This document shows, piece after piece, positions 54,994 to 64,000 of a DNA stretch of 64,000 nucleotides (positions within the stretch are counted from its first letter, which is position 1; the number at the start of each line of letters is the position of its first letter). The notes under the pieces were generated by a model. The model saw only the letters and a program-made list of their open reading frames with translations, did not search any database and had not been told where the DNA came from. The position numbers were made by a program, and so were the translations under genes. The DNA comes from Myxococcales bacterium (GTDB lineage: Bacteria; Desulfobacterota; Binatia; HRBIN30): the NCBI GenBank assembly GCA_037445065.1, contig JBBILD010000018.1, positions 1-64,000 on the forward strand, read 5' to 3'.

Positions 54994-55989
54994 TCAAGAG
55001 CCAGCCCCCCCGCCGCTCTGCTCCTGCGGGGCGCGGTTGATGGCATCAATGAGTTGCCGCAGCCGACCGTAATGCATGCGGTCGAAGTGCAGCACTAGGC
55101 GCGGCAACGAGGCGATCTCCGGTTCATCGCGCTCGACCGGAAGCAAAGACCTTTGTACCAGCCGCCCGTGGACGATGATGTCCCGGAACTGGTGATCGAG
55201 TTGCTCGACGTACCCATCCGGCAGGCGCCGCTGGATCCGAATCACCAACATCTCACGCACATAACGAATCGAGTGAAACACTTCGTAAAAGCGCAGGATT
55301 TCGTCCACGGCTTCGTCGAGGTCGTCCGTAACTCGGAACAAGGCGAAGTCGGTGCGATCGATCATGCCGCGCCGCAACATGTGTTCCTCGACGTAGCGCT
55401 GCCAAGTGGACCAATACGTCCCGTACTTGCGATCGAGGAAGACGAGCGGGACCGGACGTGTTTTTCCGGTCTGCAAAAGCGTCAAGGTCTCGAACGCCTC
55501 GTCATGCGTTCCGAAACCACCTGGGAACAGAACGACCGCGTCCGCCTCCTTTAGGAAGAAGAGCTTCCGGGTAAAGAAGTAGCGGAAGGACATGAGCTTG
55601 GGGTCACCGCGGATAATCGAGTTGGCGCGCTGTTCGTGTGGTAAGCGGATGTTTACGCCGAAACTGCGGTCACGCCCAGCTCCGCGCTGGCACGCCTCCA
55701 TGATCCCCCCACCCGCCCCAGTGATCACCATGAAGCCTCGATCCGCGATCCGGCGCGCAAACTCCTCCGCCAACTGAAACACCGGATCCCCCTCTTGCAC
55801 TCGTGCCGAGCCGAAGGTGCTCACCTTGCGAACGTGGCGAAACGGCGCGAACAGTTTGAAGCCTTCCTGCATCTCCCTGAGCGCGCCGGCAGCGATTTTG
55901 AGATCGGGAATGCTGGCGCCGTCTTGCTCGAGCTTCTGTACGGTGTCACGCAACTGCTGGAGCAGCGCCTCAGCGGTGATCTTACCCAT
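54994..55989 (-). CDS. LOG-family nucleotide-binding protein (long form)
   Basis: FGSAR, TGAGGGIMEA, YFFTRK, PGGFGTHDE. Confidence 0.88.
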   Translation of the reverse strand: MGKITAEALLQQLRDTVQKLEQDGASIPDLKIAAGALREMQEGFKLFAPFRHVRKVSTFGSARVQEGDPVFQLAEEFARRIADRGFMVITGAGGGIMEACQRGAGRDRSFGVNIRLPHEQRANSIIRGDPKLMSFRYFFTRKLFFLKEADAVVLFPGGFGTHDEAFETLTLLQTGKTRPVPLVFLDRKYGTYWSTWQRYVEEHMLRRGMIDRTDFALFRVTDDLDEAVDEILRFYEVFHSIRYVREMLVIRIQRRLPDGYVEQLDHQFRDIIVHGRLVQRSLLPVERDEPEIASLPRLVLHFDRMHYGRLRQLIDAINRAPQEQSGGGAGS

Positions 55990-56011
55990 CGCTTCTCTTC
56001 CTTGGCCGGAT

Positions 56012-57115
56012 TCAGAACGTAAATCGGCGCATGCTGACGTTCAGTAGCAGGCCGATCGAGAACAGACAGACAACGAGCGAAGAGCCTCCGTAACTGAAAA
56101 ACGGCAACGTGACGCCGACCACCGGCAGAAGCCCGCAGGCCATGCCGATATTGATCAACACCTGCGAGAAGATCATGGTCGAGAGGCCAAAGGTCAACAG
56201 AACCCCAAAACTGTCTTTGGCGCGGGAGATCACGACGACACAACGCAGCAGCAGGAACAGGTATAACGCGAGCAAGACGCTGGCCCCCGCAAATCCCCAC
56301 TCCTCGGCGAACACGGCAAAGATGAAGTCCGTGTGTTGCTCGGGCAGGAAATTCAACCGATTTTGGGTGCCGTTCAAGTAGCCTTTTCCTGCCCACATGC
56401 CGGACCCAATCGCGATTTTCGACTGGATGATGTGATAGCCGTAACGCAGCGGGTCGAGATCAGGATTCAGGAACATCTCGATTCGACGCTGCTGGTACGG
56501 CTTCAAATGGGTCCACAAGTACGGCGCCACCAGCGCAAGCACGGCGGCACCTGCAAAGACCCAGCGCAAAGACAAGCCGGCGGCGATCAAAACCGACCCG
56601 CCCACTGCGGCAACGATCAGCGCCGTTCCCAGGTCCGGCTGCTCGAGAATGAGCGCACAGGGAAGCCCGATCAGGACAAAGCACACCACCGCAACTGTCC
56701 AGGCCAAGGTCTGTTCTCCCGAATTTCGTGCCAGCACGGAAGACAGGACGATGACCGTACTGAGCTTGGCGAGTTCCGACGGCTGGAGAGACACGAACCC
56801 GAGGTCGAGCCACCGCCTTGCGCCGCCCCCGAAGGCTCCCACGAGGGCGACGGCGATGAGCAGCGAGAGCGAGGCACCGTACAGCACGAACGCATAGCGG
56901 TCGAGCGCGTGATAATCGAAACTCGTACCCAGTATCATGAAACCCAGGCCGATCAGCATCCACGCGCTTTGCCTCCAGAAAAAAGGGCTCAGCAAACGAT
57001 CCTGGGCGTGGCTGGCGCTCAGCACCGTCACCAGTCCTAACGCCAGCAAGAGGAGGGTCACTGTCAGTAAAGGCCAGTCAAAGTGAGCGATCAACCGCCG
57101 ATCGATTTTCAGCAT
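56012..57115 (-). CDS. rodA: Rod shape-determining protein RodA (SEDS)
   Basis: GARRW, QPSELAK, QPDLGT, LPEQHTDFIF, LPFFSYGGSS. Confidence 0.96.
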   Translation of the reverse strand: MLKIDRRLIAHFDWPLLTVTLLLLALGLVTVLSASHAQDRLLSPFFWRQSAWMLIGLGFMILGTSFDYHALDRYAFVLYGASLSLLIAVALVGAFGGGARRWLDLGFVSLQPSELAKLSTVIVLSSVLARNSGEQTLAWTVAVVCFVLIGLPCALILEQPDLGTALIVAAVGGSVLIAAGLSLRWVFAGAAVLALVAPYLWTHLKPYQQRRIEMFLNPDLDPLRYGYHIIQSKIAIGSGMWAGKGYLNGTQNRLNFLPEQHTDFIFAVFAEEWGFAGASVLLALYLFLLLRCVVVISRAKDSFGVLLTFGLSTMIFSQVLINIGMACGLLPVVGVTLPFFSYGGSSLVVCLFSIGLLLNVSMRRFTF

Positions 57116-58937
57116 GCAACTGTTTCTCCCGCTTGTCCCTGAGCGCGAAGTACTCGCTGAGAACGGCTCGGACTAGCGGCGCCGCCACAGCTCCGCCCCC
57201 CCCTTCGGCGTGTTCCACTACTGCGGCCACTGCAATCTCAGGATCGCTCGCTGGGGCATATGCGACAAACCAAGCGTGGTCCCGGTGATGGCGGGGCAGC
57301 CGGGATGCAGAGGGGCGCTCCTTGCCCAAGCGAACGACCTGCGAGGTGCCCGTCTTACCAGCGACCTCCACGCCGGGGAGCCGCGCGTTCTTCCCCGTGC
57401 CCCTCTCCACGACATCGCGCAGCGCGTCCCGTACCTGTTTGAGTACGGAGGGGCGCACCGTCAGTTGGGTCAGCTGCTGCGGCTCCTCCCGATGAACCAC
57501 CACACCGTCCGGGCTTTCCACCTCCTTCACCAAGTGCGGACGAAAGCGCGCTCCGGTGGCCAACATGGCCACCGCGTTGGCCATTTGTAAAGGGGTCGCC
57601 GTGACGTAGCCCTGGCCAATGGCGACGGAAAGCGTTTCTCCCGCGAACCAGGGCTTTCCGAAACGTTTCAGCTTCCATTGACTGTCCGGGATTACTCCGC
57701 TGCGCTCGTGTTCTAGTTCGATTCCCGTCGGCTGGCCGAGCCCGAACCAACGCGCGTACTCCGCAATCGTATCTACGCCTAAACGCTGCGCGACCTGGTA
57801 AAAGAACGTGTCACACGAATGTACGAGAGCTTCGTGCACGTTGACGCTGCCGTGCCCGCCCTTTCGCCAGCAACGAAAGAAGCGGTTGCCAAAGTTCATG
57901 CCGCCGGGGCAGTGCACGTACGTGAATGGGTTGATCACCCCTTCCGCCAGGGCCGCAACTGCCACCACAAACTTGAACGTCGAACCGGGCGGGTACTGCC
58001 CTTGAATCGCTCGATTCATCAACGGGTTCGTTCGGTCTTCCAAGAGCGCACGCCATTCCTCTTTGCGTACGCCCCGCGCAAAAACGTTCGGGTCGAAGCT
58101 CGGGTGGTTGACCATGGCCAGGACCTCGCCATTCCGCGGGTCGAGGGCAACCACGCTGCCCTCGCGCTCACCGAGAGCGCGGTCGGCCGCCAGTTGCAGG
58201 TCGCGATCAATGGTCAGGCGGAGGGTGTGTCCAGGGACTTCTTCCACCTCGCGCAACACTCGCAAGCGGCGGCCGAGCGAATCCACTTCCACCTGCTGCC
58301 CGCCGTTGATCCCGCGCAAATACTTTTCCCAGCGGCGCTCCAAGCCGGTTTTCCCGACCATGTCCCCCATTCGGTACACGGGATCACTTTGTAGCTCGCG
58401 GGCGCTCACCTCACCAACGTACCCGGAGACATGTGCGAAGACCTGGCCGAACGGGTAGCTGCGCCGCGGAGTGATTTGCAGAGAGACCCCAGGCAAATCG
58501 AACTGATGGGTCTCGATTGCTGAGATCTCATCAAACCTCAGATCGCGCTTGACGACGACCTCACGGAATGCGGGACGCTGGCCGTTCTTGACGAGGCTCT
58601 TGAGTTCATGCGACGGCACCTGAAGCAACGTGGCCAGCGTCTCGATCGTAGAGTCCAGGTCTCCAGCATCCTCCGGTACGAGCACGGCATCGAACGACGG
58701 GCGGCTGTCAACCAGCACCCGGCCGTAGCGGTCCACGATCGTTCCTCGTGTCGCCTGGACTCGGTGCAGTCGGATCCGGTTGTTCTCCGACAACACCCGA
58801 AGCTCCTCGCCGTGCAGGATCTGCAAGTACCAGAGCCGGGCCAAAAGCCCAACGAACCCGAGGAGCGCGAGATACGCGGCGGCCCGAATGCGGCGCCGGA
58901 GCCGAGATGGTGCTTCGCGCTGGTCCAATGTCCACAC
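57078..58937 (-). CDS. mrdA: Penicillin-binding protein 2
   Basis: RGTIVDR, PPGSTFK, SCD, KTGTSQ, DHAWF. Confidence 0.96.
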   Translation of the reverse strand: MWTLDQREAPSRLRRRIRAAAYLALLGFVGLLARLWYLQILHGEELRVLSENNRIRLHRVQATRGTIVDRYGRVLVDSRPSFDAVLVPEDAGDLDSTIETLATLLQVPSHELKSLVKNGQRPAFREVVVKRDLRFDEISAIETHQFDLPGVSLQITPRRSYPFGQVFAHVSGYVGEVSARELQSDPVYRMGDMVGKTGLERRWEKYLRGINGGQQVEVDSLGRRLRVLREVEEVPGHTLRLTIDRDLQLAADRALGEREGSVVALDPRNGEVLAMVNHPSFDPNVFARGVRKEEWRALLEDRTNPLMNRAIQGQYPPGSTFKFVVAVAALAEGVINPFTYVHCPGGMNFGNRFFRCWRKGGHGSVNVHEALVHSCDTFFYQVAQRLGVDTIAEYARWFGLGQPTGIELEHERSGVIPDSQWKLKRFGKPWFAGETLSVAIGQGYVTATPLQMANAVAMLATGARFRPHLVKEVESPDGVVVHREEPQQLTQLTVRPSVLKQVRDALRDVVERGTGKNARLPGVEVAGKTGTSQVVRLGKERPSASRLPRHHRDHAWFVAYAPASDPEIAVAAVVEHAEGGGGAVAAPLVRAVLSEYFALRDKREKQLHAENRSAVDRSL

Positions 58938-58940
58938 GCA

Positions 58941-59438
58941 CTAGTCTCCGCTGCTACCCAATACCTCTTGAAAGAGGCGCAGAACGCGAAAGACCAAGGG
59001 GCCGGCCAGGGCTGTCAAGACAACAGACAGAAACAGCCGGTCGCTTACACGCCACCACTCTTCGCTCCCTTGAAACCAGGCCAGAGCAAGCAACACAACG
59101 GCGTTTTTGACCACGCCTCCCAGGAACACTGCAGCCACCTGGCTTAATGCATTGTCCACCCACAAGTGTCGAGAAGTGCGGTATATCACCCAATACACGG
59201 CCAGCATGGCCGCGGCATTCAAGCCCGCCAGAGTCCCCGAGACAGCATCCTCCAGATATCCAAGAGCGAAGGCTGCGCCGATTGCCGGCAGCGAGTGGTG
59301 GCGCAGCCCCAGGTACACGCACAGCACCAGGAGCAAATCCACGGTCGTGCGACGTGGCAACACCCAGGGCAGCAAGGCTGTCTGCAGAAACAGCGCGACG
59401 ACCGCAAGCGCGGCGAAAAACCACAACTGCCGCACCAC
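58941..59438 (-). CDS. mreD: Rod shape-determining protein MreD
   Basis: Hydrophobic 165-aa protein with DLLLV and G..D pattern, between mreC and mrdA. Confidence 0.88.
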   Translation of the reverse strand: MVRQLWFFAALAVVALFLQTALLPWVLPRRTTVDLLLVLCVYLGLRHHSLPAIGAAFALGYLEDAVSGTLAGLNAAAMLAVYWVIYRTSRHLWVDNALSQVAAVFLGGVVKNAVVLLALAWFQGSEEWWRVSDRLFLSVVLTALAGPLVFRVLRLFQEVLGSSGD

Positions 59439-59440
59439 TC

Positions 59441-60325
59441 TTACCTCGGCCGCTGCTCATCTCCACGCCTTGCCTCTGAACCTGTCGAACTCGGGCTGCC
59501 TCTCAACTGCGCGCCCGGAGCCAAAACCAGCACCTCTTCCAGATCGTTTATGGGCGCCGCTGGTCTGATCTCAGCAACTTGAAGCAGCCCGCGCGTTCCC
59601 TTGGTCACGTGAACGATTTCCCCCACCAACAAGCCTTTAGGGAAAATGCCGTCGAGCCCCGAGGTTACGACTCGGTCGCCGACCGCGACATCTTCCTCGC
59701 GCATGATGTATTTCATCAAGCACCGACCATCCACGGTCCCCTCGACCACGCCCCGTGCTCTCGTGCGCTGCACCAAGGCATCCACCCCGCTATTGTGATC
59801 GGTGATCAAGAGCACCCGGGACGCGTGCGGCGCCACGGCGAGAATTCGGCCCACGACCCCCTGCGCCGCAACCACCGGCATGCCGCGTTCGATACCGTCA
59901 CTGCTTCCCTTGCTAATCACCATGGTGCCAAATGAGGGGAATGGGTCGCGGCCAATGACCAGCGCGGCTTGTGCCTCTCCTACCAAGTTCACGCGAAACT
60001 TGAGCAGCTCAGAAAGACGCCGGTCGGTCTCTGCCATCTCCGCGAACAGTACGGCCTGACGCTCCAACTCCGCCAGACGCCGCCGCAACTGCTCGTTTTC
60101 CTCTCGCACCCGGCGTAAATCCACGTATGCATCCCACGCCCGGGTCAAGCCGCCCCAGCCTACCGCCGCGGCAAACTGCAGTGGGCGTAGAACCTCTAGA
60201 ATCAAGCGCGACAGAGGCGCTGCGCGCTCCGTCGAACGAGAAGAAGAGGACATGAGCAGCAAGGAAAGCAAGAAAAGAACCGTGGTGAGCAGCCCGACCC
60301 GGTTACGCTGCAAGAATTCCCACAT
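59441..60325 (-). CDS. mreC: Rod shape-determining protein MreC
   Basis: TM plus coiled coil (EENEQLR), GVVGRI, LITD, VVTSGLDGIFPKG. Confidence 0.94.
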   Translation of the reverse strand: MWEFLQRNRVGLLTTVLFLLSLLLMSSSSRSTERAAPLSRLILEVLRPLQFAAAVGWGGLTRAWDAYVDLRRVREENEQLRRRLAELERQAVLFAEMAETDRRLSELLKFRVNLVGEAQAALVIGRDPFPSFGTMVISKGSSDGIERGMPVVAAQGVVGRILAVAPHASRVLLITDHNSGVDALVQRTRARGVVEGTVDGRCLMKYIMREEDVAVGDRVVTSGLDGIFPKGLLVGEIVHVTKGTRGLLQVAEIRPAAPINDLEEVLVLAPGAQLRGSPSSTGSEARRGDEQRPR

Positions 60326-60420
60326 GCTTGCCTATCCTCGCCACTCCATTCGACTCGCGTCCACCTCCTCCTTGCACTCTGCGCAGGGTCAGCAGCGCCA
60401 GAGCGCACCCCGGCACAGGA

Positions 60421-62464
<2,044 letters not shown>

Positions 62465-63722
62465 ACGTTTGGCGGGGGAGACTCCCGACAAGGCTCCGGG
62501 AGCTGGTCTCGTTTGCTCTCTGCTCGAGCCCAGCCGTGACTCGCGGCCCTCCGCCGCAGCCAGGGTAACGTCCGTGGGCACACCGCTTTGTTCGAGCACA
62601 ACCTGCTTGACCTTTTCTTGGTCCACCCACGCCGCAACGCCGAATTTTTCGATCACACGCCGCGCCTCTCGATGCAAGGCGACGGTGTGGTCGTAGATGT
62701 CTTTGTGCACTTCGAGGTAAACGCGGCCATCGCGCACTCCCACTTTGACGGGTTGGTAAACGAACTCCCCAGGCGTTCCGACCGCTACCAGGGGGAACAG
62801 GTGCTCGATGTCTTCCGGGTACAAACGGACACAACCATGGCTCACCTGCATTCCTACCCCCCAAGGAATGTTCGTGCCATGAATCCCATAAAGGGGTAGG
62901 CTCAGCCGCAAGCGGTACTTACCAAGAGGATTATCTGGATGGCCCCCAGGAATGAAGTCGGGGGCAGGGCGGTTGTCCCTACGGTGCTCCTCTTTAATCG
63001 ACTCTGGCAACACCCAACGAGGGTTTACAGTTTTCTCCACCACAGTGAACTTTCCCGTAGGGGTTTTCCAATCGTCTCGTCCAAGACCCACCGGGTACGT
63101 CGTGACAACGACTCCACCCGCACCGGCGGGTCGAAAGTGATACACGCGCATTTCCGGAATGTTGACGACCAAGCCGCGATACTCTGCATCTGGCAGCACC
63201 CACATCGTCGGCAACAGAATCGGCTGCCCCACAGGCGGGAGCCAAGGATCGATATTCGGATTGGCGTCCTCGAGTTCGTTCGCACCTAGGTCGTAGTAGC
63301 GGGCGATGTCTAAAAAGGTGTCCTTCGGCTGCACCTGGTAATATCGCAGCGAGCCAATGACGGTACTGGCTCGCCGCGGGTCGTTCCCAGGCGCAGCAAT
63401 GTACGGCCGCCCCAAGGGCTTGCGCTGAAAGACCTCCTCGGTCCAGCGCGAGGTCTGTCCCCAAGCACTCGCCGCCCCAATCAGGCCCAACACCAACGCA
63501 ACCCAGGCGCCAAGCCAGGTCGCCATGCGAAGCAAAATCCTTTGCTGCATCCACAGAATACAAGCAATCTGACCTACGAGCGCAAGGCAGCATCGTTCTC
63601 CGCGCGCAGTAGCAGGCCGTAACCGGGGCACCCTACTGGCGTTCTTGTGAAAAACCAGCCATTTTACTTTTGGATTCTTACCCACAGATCGCTACCGAGC
63701 GGCACAGCTCTCTCACACAGCC

Positions 63723-64000
63723 ATGGATACATTGACGCCCGCTTTCGACGCTGCACTGCCACCGTTCATTCGCGCCATGCTGCAGCCTTCCTTCTTTGCA
63801 CACCGCCCGGCCGAGGTCCGGCTGTTACAAACCCACATTTCCTACGTGCTGGTCGCCCGCCCCCTCGTCTACAAGGTAAAAAAGCCTGTGCGCTTCCGAT
63901 TCCTGGATTTCTCCACTCTCGCCTTGCGCAGGCGCTTCTGCTTCGAAGAAGTGCGCCTCAACCAACGACTTGCCCCCCACGTCTACCGGCGGGTGGTTGG
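63723..64000 (+). CDS. Aminoglycoside-phosphotransferase-like/kinase fusion family protein (3' truncated)
   Basis: Translated by hand: MDTLTP..LLQTHISYVLV..YKVKKPVRFRFLDFSTL..RR.FC.EEVRLNQRLAPHVY. Confidence 0.85.
   Translation, partial: MDTLTPAFDAALPPFIRAMLQPSFFAHRPAEVRLLQTHISYVLVARPLVYKVKKPVRFRFLDFSTLALRRRFCFEEVRLNQRLAPHVYRRVV

Overview
This is a 64 kb GC-rich bacterial chromosomal segment from a diderm. It carries an outer-membrane beta-barrel, sigma54 promoters and dockerin-like/Thr-Pro-stalk secreted proteins; a Deltaproteobacteria-like lineage such as Candidatus Binatota is my inference only. Housekeeping genes include ligA, acyP, rsmI, split nadE plus glutaminase, rimO, a PpiC-type PPIase, recQ, glyQS, ppdK, aroE, rlmE, pgeF, ssb, mreBCD-mrdA-rodA and an L,D-transpeptidase. 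A sigma54-driven porin-glnK-amtB operon is present. Actinobacterial-style lipid/steroid catabolic genes are dispersed through the window: a FadE26/FadE27-like pair, an MFE-2-like hydratase and SDR, and an ADH/thiolase-like/LLM/hydrolase operon. Two of these units carry a KstR2-like CAAG-NN-CTTG palindrome upstream. The accessory region at 1-12 kb encodes secreted or surface proteins: a dockerin-like protein with six PPC-like repeats, a Thr/Pro-stalk lipoprotein, and a Cys-rich repeat protein. That Cys-rich gene lies between two direct paralogs with LPxTG/PEP-like sorting tails and a conserved 5' leader; one paralog is pseudogenised. Other observations are a FadR/PdhR-box-controlled orphan diiron enzyme, many leaderless-type promoters, a 49-aa gene missed by the ORF track, and an amber-interrupted PAP2 gene. 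I recognised no rRNA, tRNA, CRISPR array or transposase. All product calls come from motif recognition by eye, not database searches.
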